From contig CM119371.1 in NCBI GenBank assembly GCA_051294905.1, positions 3,536,001 to 3,600,000 of the forward strand: a stretch of 64,000 nt of DNA. Reading direction: 5' to 3'. Shown here one piece after another: positions 41,037-53,416 of this stretch. Position 1 is the stretch's first letter; each line of letters opens with the position of its first letter. Position numbers and translations under genes: made by a program. The notes beneath the pieces are model-generated. The model searched no databases. It was not told the DNA's origin and worked only from the letters and a program-made list of their open reading frames with translations. Source of the stretch: Botryllus schlosseri (taxonomy: Eukaryota).

Positions 41037-43139
41037 GGTCCGTGGACATATGAGCATGCGACATTACAGCATGCGACAATTTGGCATGCGACACATGTGC
41101 ACATAGGCGCCGACTTTTATTTTTTTACGAGGTGGCGAAGTCTTGTGACGTCATAATTGTCCCGTATCGATAACGTCATCGTCGCACTAAAACGCACTTT
41201 CCTACATACCGCTGGTGTACGTGCCGAGTACCAATCACTGATTGATTGTTTGATCAGCGTTAACCATTTGCGTTTTACGTTACGTTTTAATACCGACTCT
41301 GCACTCATTATTATCAAACCATGCAGTCAAGTTATTAAGTGGAATCTTAAAACGGTACGATCATTCGTCCAACGATATATACGATGCATTCCATCAGGCG
41401 GAATGTATCGAACAAAAATCAGAATTTACGTCACTAAGAATTTGAAGTTGCATCAATGTTATCAACGCGCAATGTGTCGTGTGAGTAACGAAATACACCA
41501 TGCACTGGGCTGGCAAGTTCGCAAGTAACATACAACAACTCTCGAATATGAGGTTTCAAACCGACGATAATGATGATTACAAACGTGAAATCGCGCATAT
41601 AATCAGCAATTGTCTCATGCGGTTTCTGGCTTCGCATTGAGAAGCTCCCATCGCGGCAATTATATGCAGCTTAAAACAGGGATTTTGGCGGCATTGGTGC
41701 ATTTCCCGATTTACGTTCGCTAAGCAATTTCGGAGTACATCCAGGCGCGGGGGTCGGAAGCCCCTCCTTTGGAAGCGCGAAGCCCCCTCCTTAAACGCGA
41801 AACCCCGCCCTTTTCAAATGAGTGCTCTGACGCTAATACTCGGTTGCAATTCAGTCTTATTATCAGTGTTACGCGCGGCCAATTAACGGAAGGCGTGTCG
41901 ACAATATGCGAGATACGTCCGTACGCATTGCACTGAACAATGTAACGCGACACGATCTGCCGCTGAGATAATTGCGAAATTAGGTCAGTCATTGCCCCGC
42001 GCTTGGCAATTGTTGGTAGCCTGATTTATCGCGTCACCTACAAGCCTAATTCCGCTGGCTTGAATAATCGCATCTGCAATAGGCCCGGTGCGCACGATAT
42101 CATCGTTGGCTTACAAAATCGCATCTGCATTGGCTTGGTGCACACGAGATCATCACTAGCCTACACAATCACATCTGCAATAGGTCTAGTACGAAAGAAA
42201 TAGCTAGCCTAACTACCGCGTCTCGGGCTTACCATGCTTTGGCTCCTACTTCCAGATGCCGGTAGCTTGGATGAAATGCCGTTAAGTGTATGCTGAATAG
42301 CGATTGTGGTTAAAGAGTGACTTTGCGAAACTGAATGACATGGAATGTCCGCAAACATGTGCGACGCGTTCGTATATGCGTATTTGATTTCCGCTAATAC
42401 TTGAACATAACCATCAGAAGCTGTGATAAGGCTTGAGTTATAAAAGAGGAAAGGTTTGAACCACCTGAAATCGGCGTCATTGTAGCACCAGGCAGAAGCC
42501 GCCAATGCAGATGCGATTGCGCAGACAAGCGATGATATAGTTTGAACTGGGCCTTTTGCAGATGCGATTGTTCAAGCCAGCGGAATCAGGCTTGTTCGAG
42601 ATGCGATAAATCAGACTGGCGACGATTGCCACGTACACGGCAATGACTGACCTAATTTCGCAACCATCTCAGCGGGATATCATCACAGACTCTTCACGCT
42701 GATTGACTCTCGCAAATTGGCCGCACGGAACAATGATAACACAATTACTGAATATTGGAGTTAAAATGGTCATTTCAAAATGAAGGGGTTTCGCGTTTCA
42801 AACAGGGGGATTCGAAGACGTCTCTAAGGAGGTCGCACCGATTCGCCTGATTACTAATTACTGGTCACAAACAACTTCGGCGTTTGATCATTTCGTACGA
42901 GGTGGCCGCCACCTCGTAAATATGGCGACGAGGTGGCTGCGTAACCTCATAAGTCGGCGCCTATGCATGTGCATGTGGGTTAAATTACGGGTTAAGGGTA
43001 GATTAGGGTTGGGTTAGGGCTAGAATTTAGGTTAGGATATATATAAGGGTTAATTTCAGGACTATGTTTCGGGTTAGGGTAAGTTTTTGAGTTATACAGT
43101 CACATGCTGAAGTGTCGCATGCTCATAGGTCGGGCAACC
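41037..43139. mobile_element. GG-ended element with 9-bp TSD (Mutator-type) carrying degenerate TTAGGG-like repeats
   Basis: Perfect TSD GGTCAAAAT at 41028-41036 and 43140-43148. Inverted TATGAGCATGCGAC / GTCGCATGCTCATA near the ends. GGGTTA-like tract at ~42976-43082. Confidence 0.8.
41102..42965. mobile_element. hAT-type element (CATAGGCGCCGACTT termini)
   Basis: TIR CATAGGCGCCGACTT / AAGTCGGCGCCTATG. Perfect TSD CATGTGCA at 41094-41101 and 42966-42973. Confidence 0.88.
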
Positions 43140-46100
43140 GGTCAAAATGCAACTTCTGCAACTTTTTTCAAAAATAAATGCAACTTTCCACGAATTTAAC
43201 TGCAACAAAAACTTGCCCTAGTTATTAGTATGGCTTTTACCAAGAACACATCAGGAGTTATTGATCATTCTACCACAAACGTAAAAGTCAGTACCGTACT
43301 TGTACCACTGATTTACAATCAAGAGGTGGTTCCTTCTGCCTTGGTGTGTACGTTATCAAAGTCGAGCAACGTTGGTTGTGTCAACAGGAGTTTCTGCGTA
43401 ATCTAAATATAGTACGTTGATCCCAAATCATCTGTTCGGCTCGATTATTCGACCGTTTTTTTTGCGGTGACATCATATTTGGTGATAAAGACCTGCTGAA
43501 CTAGAAGCATGTACCAGTCAAAAATATTTGTTTTGATTATAATGTGAATATAGTATTGATGGTATATTAAAATTTGATACCTCAGAGTCTCGTTAACAAT
43601 ATTTTCGAAATGTCTCAACTCAATGATACTTCGTCGTTGTCTGATAATGTCTTGTAATACCATATCTGAACACATCTTCGAAGTATATTTTCTTTTCAGG
43701 AGCATGTAGATTGGCTCATCCTGACATTGCCAATCCAGAAAAACGAATTAAAGACCAAGTTGCACCATATGTCACTGTTATCGGATCTTGCAAGGTGATT
43801 TTGTTAATGAGTTTGGTGCCGGTGTGATATCTGTGCAATTTATGGTATTATTTGAGTGTCAGTGAATTGTTGTTACTGCACGTCTTCAGTCCACTGTATT
43901 ACTGTGCAGTACATGGAATAAGCAAAAATTACCACTCCAGCCTCTAACAAGCAATTGAAAATATTCATAAGGAACAGTCTTAACCCCGTACTCAAACTAG
44001 GCTTTCAAAACCATTTACTAGAATGACCACTTTATGACGCCAATGGAGTGGGAATCTCCTCGACTAAGGACAAGCCTCATTCTACAGGTTCTGGTTTCAT
44101 ATCTTGACTTAACAATGGCTGCAGTGTAAATCAGTGGTTCCCAAACATCATTTTCACCTTACACGAGCTAGAATGAGTCGAGCAATAAAATTTACTAAAC
44201 GATCTCGCATTTTTCTCCAATCGACCCTTTCGTTACCTCCCATATCTCTAAAATTCACTCTCACGATACCGCCCACTTTTGGAATCACTGGTTTTAGTTC
44301 AGGGTCAAACAGCAGGATGATCGTCCTACTTTTGAAAGAGGCTTTGAAATCTTTTAATGTATGTAACTTGAGAGGATCCACTTTACTTGTTATATTCCAC
44401 TGATAATAATCAATTGTAGTAATAATCTACTCATTCTTGTTATAGGGTGATCACGATCATGAAGAAGAAAGAAGCACTCCCGTCATCGTGGAATCTGAAG
44501 ACGCAGATACTTGAGGACATTTCGCGATATTCACAGCAGACTTGGACAACTAGATAATTCTAGTTGTGTAATTTCAGTAATTGGAGTGAGATGCTGGTTA
44601 TCTAATTTCTAAAATATTTATTTGCTCAATTCTACTCTAATTTTTGGAATGATCTTATTTGATTCTAATCAAATTTCTGATGTTCTTGAAACTGAGACAG
44701 GAGATTTGATATCAACTGAACTTGTTGAATTTCAGTAATTCCAATCTAATTTGAAAAAGCTGGAAATTGTCTAGTTGACCAACTCCGCACTAATTCAATC
44801 GATTTAACTCACTTGCTAAGTGTTTTTTGTACTCTGTGCAAGCGCTGACTCCCAAACGAATAATGCATTGCTACCCAAATAAACCCGAATACCTCCCGGC
44901 GACATTCGTCAGCAAGTTGTAGGGAATTGGAAAGAACCTGTTGATAGTATCACCAAACATGACGTCACTGGCGTGGATCGCCTTGATTATTCAAAATTTC
45001 ATGCCGATGACTTTATATTTGGTGATAGGATCAACAAGTTCTACTCTCTACTAGTTGCTGACGAATGTCACCTGGAAGTACTCAGGTCCATTCCAACACA
45101 TCACTCGTCTAAAAATCAACACTTGAACTAAGTAAAAAAGCACTTCGCAAGTAAATATCTTCTGACTAGTGTCGGCTGTTAATATACGGGTTTATTTCAA
45201 TATGAATATATAATCCAATTGTATATTGATGCTCCGTGCGTCCAATGTATTGATTGCTTGGTTCAATTTTTTGCTTATTGTTTAATACAGAACGAAAAGT
45301 AATGCATGATTTGTAAAATTAATGTTTAGTTTGCTTTCATGTGAAGTGCAGGATGTAACCGACGACAGTTCAGGGCCAGCTAGAATCAAGTTTTGCGAAA
45401 GACAATTGATGAGGATGGGGAACTGATATATTTTTAGAATATATACAATAGATCTCTTCTCAGGATATCTTTTAGACATCTTATATGGATATCATATAGA
45501 TATCTTAATGTGTCGACAGATTTATATATATAATACATATTATTAGGATATATTTTGAACACGTGAGAGATATAATATGTATATCTATAACATATCTTGT
45601 GTTTGCTGGGTTTATTCTCTGCATCACTTTTCAGTCAGTGTCCGTTGTTTTGACACCTTCCTATCTTCTCATTCTATCGCAGTCTTGTGATGTATTGAAA
45701 CGATGAAAATATTAATAAACCTGATTGATTGATGTAAACTTCAAGTTTAAAGCAAAGAGATCAACAAGAGTATTTAATGAATTTATTTACAACAGCTATT
45801 GAAGTCAATTAGACATCTATGGTCGCTCAATACCGTCAACTAGTTTTATGAACTCTGATTGCATGTCATATGCAAAAACCCTAAAGTGAAGACTTCTAAT
45901 GTTCGTGGCAGTGATGGGATTAAGTCACTGCCTTCTAATCACAAGTCATCTCGAATCATTGCACATTTTGACTAGAGTCAAGTCAATTCACTTAATTTTC
46001 ATAAGTGATAAGGGTCAAGTCAAGTCACTCGATTTTTGGAGGTGACCCGAGTCAAGTCAAGTCACGAGTCAAGTAACTAGTCAAGTCAAGTTGAAATTTC

Positions 46101-48840
46101 AAAGTACTAGACATGATTCAAATTCATTACTAGGGCGATTTTATTTGACACTTCAAAAGAAGTCAAATTTTGTTTTACATGGTGAGTTTGATTTATTTAG
46201 CTGTTCTTGTGTAAATCACACTAACATGTAACTTAGTTACTCCCGCCATTTACCGGCTTCAAAAATCTAGTATTTTTCGGCTGTAACTCGTTTTGTGTTC
46301 ACAATAGACAAACCTTGCTTCTAAGACAGAGAGAAACATGATGTTTTCGCATGACCCTACGACCAGTGGTTGTCGAGATGAGCAATTTCACCCCCTCTCG
46401 CGCAGAAATTGGGGGGATGCTGGCTGAAAAATAAAGGCAATCCCCTAAAACCAACTTTTATTGAAGTTTCAAGTCATTTTTCTGGACTTAAGAATCCCCT
46501 TTTTTCGATTTGAAAAAAAGTCATTTTCACTCCACCCTACAACATTTCAGCATTTAACGACAAATGACAATACATATCCTCGCATCTTCACCAAGTCTAC
46601 CTACCTCTAATTTAAATCAAGTTCTGACACATGAAACAATTGTCTGGCATTTATCCTGATTGCTACACAACCTTTGTCAAATTGTACGCATTCGCGTAAA
46701 ATACATTGTCTCTCCATATTCTGATTTAACCCAAATAAAATGCAAGGCCCCAGCAAACACAAAACCGTAAAAGGATCATCCGGGATCATCTCGATTAGGT
46801 TCTGATTTTCTAAGTGTCGAGGGAATGTCTAAAATACGTAGTAGGATGGTCTTGTGGTTATATTCAATCAGAATAAATTCATACTAGGTGTTGTTCCATC
46901 TCATGCATTAGGCTTCGTTATATCCGGTAGTTAACCTAATAATGCAAATTTTCTATCTCTCGCGGGTACGACTAAAATACGTAGAAAGGATGACTTTGTC
47001 GGTACATTCAATCACGATGAATTCTATCCGGTTTTGTTCGATCTCATGCGGTAGCTTCGTTCTATCCATTAGAAAACAATGTTCTCCCTTCGTTTTATTG
47101 CGTGAGGATGTCACCGGTGTTGTATATTCGTGTTGTTGCTCTAAGGTCGAATAGTTTTGTTTTCCTCTGATATATATGATCTTCATTATATATATATTCG
47201 CTCTTTCGGTAATCTCGCATGTTCAACGAGTATGGTTAATAGTTTTATTCAGAGAATAACTAAATAAGTGATATGTTGTACGTTTAGGAATATGATTATC
47301 GATGCGTGACTTCTAGAATATTTCGGCGATTCAAATTTTAAGTCATCGCGCCATACAAAGATTTGACGCGCAACAGGTCGCAGCCAGGCATAGTTCGCTC
47401 TTTCTGTATGGTAAATGCCGTAAATATATAGGAATTGTGACTGACTGAGGTAGCGGGTTAAAGGTATATATGCAGTAGCATATAGCTTATGGGGTATTTC
47501 GAATTGCCTGTAGTATATGACGCCTAGAGCTGTTTGACTTTCTGCAAAACAGGTGTAGACAACTATAGAAAAGTTTCAGCTTTTCCAGGTTAGAATTAGA
47601 GCTAAACCGTTTTTCCGAATTAGATTACAATTATATTGCTGGCATTTCGCTCTAATTTAGTGAAATTAGACCACTATAATTCGCTTCAAACATCTGAATT
47701 ACCGGTACCTATACCTACGGTATATCATAATATTTATGCCTGAATTTTCTAGGTATATAAGTCATATAGATACATACCTGTAGAACACTGATTCATGATT
47801 TTATAAAAGTTGGTGCAAGAATGGACATTTTCAACTTGATGTTGATTAATGGAGCAAAATTTGATATTTGAGTGCAATTATACCTCGAATCCAGTGACAA
47901 GATTATTAATCGTTGAAACCAAACGCAGCTTGATTATGTTGGCCCAGAGAATTTGGCTAGCCAGACCATATTGATGGAATATGGTCACAGTAAGATAATA
48001 TTTTGGGCTATTTTACATGAACTTTCCAACATTTGATTTGATATGTCCACTAAAACAGTTGTTATTCTGCTTTCGAATAAGACCTTAATTGCTGGTTTCA
48101 ATGGTAACTGTGTTTGTCAAAGGCTGCAAAGGTAATTTCTTTTCCATGTTAGATGTTTATTTGTTTGTTTGTGGTGTTCATGGTGGTGGTTCGACTACAC
48201 TGGTCATTTTACACCAGGCCGGTTCTTATTATTATTATTCCGTATCTGCCCGATTACCAGTGAACTCGGCACTTAGTGAATTCGGCCGCACAAACTCGGC
48301 ACTTGGAGAATTCGGGTCAAGTGTAGAATCCGGGCAGTGTTCCCCATGACCACCACCGATCAGTGTTGCACCTGAAACTGTCGGAATTCATAGTGCTTCA
48401 CGTAGTTACCGACTATGCTCCCCACTAAACCCTATAAATACTGTCAAGGTTCCATATTATATCTTATCATATTATTATATCTTGAATTCACAGATACACA
48501 TGCCGGTGACGAGCAAGATTACATTTTACATCGCTCGCTCGCATGCCAGATGAACGGCTTGTACAAGAAATCGAAGGAAAGGGGAAAGGAAGCGACTTAC
48601 TCCAATCTCTTCACCACATTATGTATTGTGTATCGCATTTTTATCGAAAATTTAGAAAATAAAACGTATGACGCCTATACTATCAAGTGTATCTAGTGTA
48701 CTTTGCGGCCACTAAACTCATGTACGGACACTTGCAAGATGTGGGGAGATGGTGAAGGTTTATCTGGGCTCCTCTTCACCCGCGCCGTTGCCCAGAAAAG
48801 ACCCGACGTAAGAAAGCACTCATGTATAAGAAACCCCCAT

Positions 48841-50776
48841 AGTCGTGTATGGTATCTAGTGTACTTTTCAGCCACAATACTTATGTGAAGACACTCGCAT
48901 AGTCGCGTATCATACCAAGTGTACTTTCCAGCCACAATAGTTATGTACAGACACTCGCATAGTAGGGTATGATACCAAGTGTACTTTTCAGCCACAAGAC
49001 TTATGTGAAGACACTCGCATAGACGCGTATCATACCAAGTGTACTTTCCAGCCACAAGACTTATGTGAAGACACTCGCATAGTCGCGTATCATACCAAGT
49101 GCACTTTTCAGCCACAATACTTATGTGAAGACACTCGCATAGTCGCGTATCATACCAAGTGTACTTTACAGCCACAAGACTTATGTGAAGACACTCGCAT
49201 AGTCGCGTATCATACCAAGTGCACTTTTCAGCCACAATACTTATGTGAAGACACTCGCATAGTCGCGTATCATACCAAGTGCACTTTTCAGCCACAATAC
49301 TTATGTGAAGACACTCGCATAGTCGCGTATCATACCAAGTGTACTTTACAGCCACAAGACTTATGTGAAGACACTCGCATAGTCGCGTATCATACCAAGT
49401 GCACTTTTCAGCCACAATACTTATGTGAAGACACTCGCATAGTCGCGTATCATACCAAGTGTACTTTCCAGCCACAATAGTTATGTACAGACACTCGCAT
49501 AGTCGCGTATCATACCAAGTGTACTTTTCAGCCACAAGACTTATGTGAAGACACTCGCATAGTCGCGTATCATACCAAGTGCACTTTTCAGCCACAATAC
49601 TTATGTGAAGACACTCGCATAGTCGCGTATCATACCAAGTGCACTTTTCAGCCACAATACTTATGTGAAGACACTCGCATAGTCGCGTATCATACCAAGT
49701 GTACTTTACAGCCACAAGACTTATGTGAAGACACTCGCATAGTCGCGTATCATACCAAGTGTACTTTTCAGCCACAAGACTTATGTGGAGACACTCGCAT
49801 AGTCGCGTATCATACCAAGTGTACTTTCCAGCCACAATAGTTATGTACAGACACTCGCATAGTAGGGTATGATACCAAGTGTACTTTTCAGCCACAAGAC
49901 TTATGTGAAGACACTCGCATAGTCGCGTATCATACCAAGTGTACTTTCCAGCCACAATAGTTATGTACAGACACTCGCATAGTAGGGTATGATACCAAGT
50001 GTACTTTTCAGCCACAAGACTTATGTGAAGACACTCGCATAGTCGCGTATGATACCAAGTGTACTTTTCAGCCACAAGACTCATGTGAAGACACTCGCAT
50101 AGTCGCGTATCATACCAAGTGCACTTTTCAGCCACAATACTTATGTGAAGACACTCGCATAGTCGCGTATCATACCAAGTGCACTTTTCAGCCACAATAC
50201 TTATGTGAAGACACTCGCATAGTCGCGTATCATACCAAGTGTACTTTCCAGCCACAATAGTTATGTACAGACACTCGCATAGTAGGGTATGATACCAAGT
50301 GTACTTTTCAGCCACAAGACTTATGTGAAGACACTCGCATAGTCGCGTATCATACCAAGTGTACTTTCCAGCCACAATAGTTATGTACAGACACTCGCAT
50401 AGTAGGGTATGATACCAAGTGTACTTTTCAGCCACAAGACTTATGTGAAGACACTCGCATAGTCGCGTATGATACCAAGTGTACTTTTCAGCCACAATAC
50501 TTATGTGAAGACACTCGCATAGTCGCGTATCATACCAAGTGTACTTTCCAGCCACAATAGTTATGTACAGACACTCGCATAGTAGGGTATGATACCAAGT
50601 GTACTTTTCAGCCACAAGACTTATGTGAAGACACTCGCATAGTCGCGTATCATACCAAGTGTACTTTCCAGCCACAATAGTTATGTACAGACACTCGCAT
50701 AGTAGGGTATGATACCAAGTGTACTTTACAGCCACAATACTTATGTGAAGACACTCGCATAGTCGCGTATCATACC
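48841..50776. repeat. 60-bp minisatellite, ~32 units (left arm)
   Basis: Exact 60-bp periodicity. Consensus AGTCGCGTATCATACCAAGTGTACTTTTCAGCCACAAGACTTATGTGAAGACACTCGCAT with a few recurring variants. Confidence 0.98.
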
Positions 50777-51020
50777 TAGCGTTATTTTTTATTATTGTAT
50801 TATTACGTCATACTTTGCCTTTTTGGTTTTCGTTTGAATCTCTCTCTGTATGCTTATTATTGTGCCGTTAACTCTCGATAAGGGGCACACGAAAAGTCTT
50901 CGAGTTAATAAATTCTTTACTGCAATGAATGTAGTTGTGAAAGCAAAACTCAAGTTTAGTACCGCCAACCATATTTTCAAGCTACAAACTAATGGCTTTC
51001 TTGATATTTACCATTCACAG

Positions 51021-51934
51021 AAATGCTCGGATTTCATTAGCATCCGGCATGGCTCATTTTTTTACAAAAGTAATCTCACCCCGACGAAACTTTTGTACAT
51101 GGTGTACTTTTGGTCAAAGGACCATGACCAGGTAATGATTATCGACGAGCTTAAAATAAGCAACAGGACCTGCATCGACTGGTGCCAGTTTTTCAGGGAG
51201 GTATTGTCAAAATTCTATTGTAAAGTAAGGCACTCTATTTACTCTAAAGCTTTGTGGCAAATTCCAGATCTGCTCAGCCGATCTGTTAAGGGGTTCCGGC
51301 GTCATCGGTGGCCCGGGACATGTGGTGGCGATCGACGAATCGGTAATTGCCAAGAGGGGCCGTGGTGCCAACGCTCAGGCAAGACCGATTCCACAGCAAT
51401 GGATATTCGGAGGCGTGGACCTCATCACAAAGTTTGTGCATAGAAAATAAAAATCCAACGTCAGCAAAACTTTAAAAGTATATAATGTTTTATGCAGCCA
51501 ATGCTTTATGCGATTCGTCGATCGACGGGACGCAAACACCTTGCTGCCAATCATTCGGCAATACATTGCTCCGGGCACCGAAATTTGGTCGGATGAATGG
51601 GCAGCGTATCGGGGCATAACCGGTAAATGAAGTCTTATACAGCGATAATGGTGAATGTTAGTAAAACATTTCCGTTTCCTTATCAGGAATGGGCAACGGC
51701 TACACCCATAAAACAGTCTGCCACAAACACCTGTTTAAGACTCCCCAAGGTGTTCACACCAATAATATTGAGAGACTTTGGAGCGACTGTAAACGGAAGT
51801 TCAAGAGAATGAACGGCACGGTACGGGGGTTCGTACCCTCATACATCGATGAATGGATGTGGCGTCGGACCAGAGAAAGAGATCATTACTTTTCGGACAT
51901 TGTTCAGGAAATCGCCAGGCAATACCCAGTGTAA
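51021..51934 (+). CDS. Merlin (IS1595/ISXO2-like) DDE transposase, spliced, 5' exon(s) not identified
   Basis: Exons 51021-51200, 51268-51431, 51498-51622 and 51687-51934, joined by 67, 66 and 64-bp GT-AG introns, give one open frame: KCSDFISIRHGSFF...DWCQFFRE|ICSADL..IGGPGHVVAIDESVIAKR...WIFGGVD..|QCFMRFVDRRDANTLLPIIRQYIAPGTEIWSDEWAAYRGIT|GMGNGYTHKTVCH...GVHTNNIERLWSDCKR...YIDEWMWRR...YPV*. Catalytic D, D and E are present. Confidence 0.9.
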
Positions 51935-52159
51935 AATGAGCCCTTTAATTTATTGAGATTTGACTTCTCAGAATTATCTAGTTATCGAAGTGTGCCTGCA
52001 ATTTCGTAATTTCGTTTTTTTTTCTACATTTCGTTTCGTTTCTGTTTTGTTGATAAACGTGCTGCCATTGGCTATAGTTCGAGTCTATCTATATTTGACC
52101 GGACGTTGGAGTAGGAGTCAGGGTCAGGGCCATTTCTATAATATGCGAGTGTCTGTACA

Positions 52160-53416
52160 CAGAGGTGGTCAAGGTAGTCAAGAAAGCTACTCAAGTAGAT
52201 GTAGAAGTAGCGAAGCAAAAATCTACTCAAGTAGAAGTACTGATTTCATGAGCAGCATAAAACTAATTGAAGTAGAAGTAGAATTGACTGACTTTAAAAG
52301 TACTCAAGTAAGTAAATAGTTGTGAAAACGATCCTGATTGGATGGATTATCAAAAGTTGCAAATTGAGCTATGTGATATAGGTGACGAGCTTGATTCATA
52401 TTGATGCATACCAGCAGGTATCCAATTTTCGATAGCATAAGCATTCGTCCACATCATGTAGTGAAAATGATAGTATTGATAAGGAAATGCGATACTAATC
52501 CTCTGTGTTCTCGAACAACGCGTTTTGGAAAATAGCATGGTATGGCGCCTTCCCCCTATAAGGCCCGTAGTTTAGTCGAAGTGCAATATGGATAAGTTGT
52601 ATAGGATACGGTGTAAACAGTTTGCGCGATTTGTAAACGTTAACAAAAAATATCGTGAACCGTAAAAATGCCATATTGTGTAGCTATATTTCCAGAATTT
52701 AAAGGCATTACTGCACTTGCTTTTATACTTCAACATGTATGTTATTCGGACAAAAGAACTGATATTAATTATAACTCAAAGTAGGCTATATGATACTGAG
52801 AATTGAAAGTGAAATATAAATACTGTTTCTGAAAGCAGAATATATATTTCATGTTTTTAGTCCAGTAAGTTTCAAGGGTGGTATGCTAAAACACTTTTCC
52901 AGGACATGCCATGGACATATATATGCTAGATTACGATATGACAAGAAAATGCTAGATTGCGAAACATCAGTTTCAAACGTTATGATGAGCCATATACTGT
53001 GATGAATTATTTCATGGGTGATGGGCAACAATGTGGTGTGAACGGAACCACTCCAACCCTCCACTTAAATTATATTCACCGATACTTTCGTGAAATCATA
53101 CTGGTCACACCGTATCCACTGCGCGCGAAGCGCGACGAAAATTCTGTGCTTTACTAAACTTTTATGAAAATTAAATGTTGATACTCCGTGAAAACAGCTC
53201 CGAAATTCCTCAGGCTATCTTCCTGATTGGAAGATTGAACTACTTCTACTTGACAAACTGAAAATAGCGAAAAGTAAGTAAGTATATCACAAAATATTAA
53301 GAAGTAGAAGTATAGGTAGCGAAAATCAGATCTACTTGAGTAAGTACCAGAAGTAGACGAAAACTACTTGAGTACTTCGAAAAAGTAGAAATACTTCGAT
53401 ACTATAACCACCTCTG
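52160..53416. mobile_element. hAT-type element inserted in the innermost unit of the Merlin right array
   Basis: TIR CAGAGGTGGT / ACCACCTCTG. Perfect TSD TCTGTACA at 52152-52159 and 53417-53424. AAGTAG subterminal repeats. A related end at ~62711. Confidence 0.9.

Larger units (their letters stand above)
40728..43220. mobile_element. Non-autonomous hAT element hosting two further insertions
   Basis: TIR TAGGGCAAGTTTTTG / CAAAAACTTGCCCTA. Perfect TSD GTTATTAG at 40720-40727 and 43221-43228. GCAACTT subterminal repeats. Confidence 0.88.
37654..45610. mobile_element. EnSpm/CMC-like DNA transposon (CCCAG termini, 2-bp TSD), degenerate, with nested insertions
   Basis: TIR CCCAGCAAACACGAGATAT / ATATCTTGTGTTTGCTGGG. 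TSD TT at 37652-37653 and 45611-45612. ATAT-rich subterminal zones and decayed spliced-looking segments at ~39800-40660. Superfamily inferred from termini and TSD length only. Confidence 0.7.

Noticed and set aside
48693..50735. 680-aa ORF of 20-aa Cys/His repeats (and its 340-aa mirror at 53433-54455)
   Set aside because: It is the translation of a 60-bp tandem unit that happens to lack a stop in one frame. It starts at GTG, lies in transposon arms and is duplicated only because the arms are inverted. Not called a protein without expression evidence.
48841..50776. CRISPR-like array
   Set aside because: The units are contiguous 60-bp near-identical repeats with no unique spacers. No cas genes, and the context is eukaryotic.
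50850..51443. 197-aa single-exon ORF as the transposase, or a bacterial IS1595 contaminant
   Set aside because: The ORF reads through an intron and leaves the homologous frame after 51200. Three GT-AG introns restore the frame, which indicates a eukaryotic Merlin gene.
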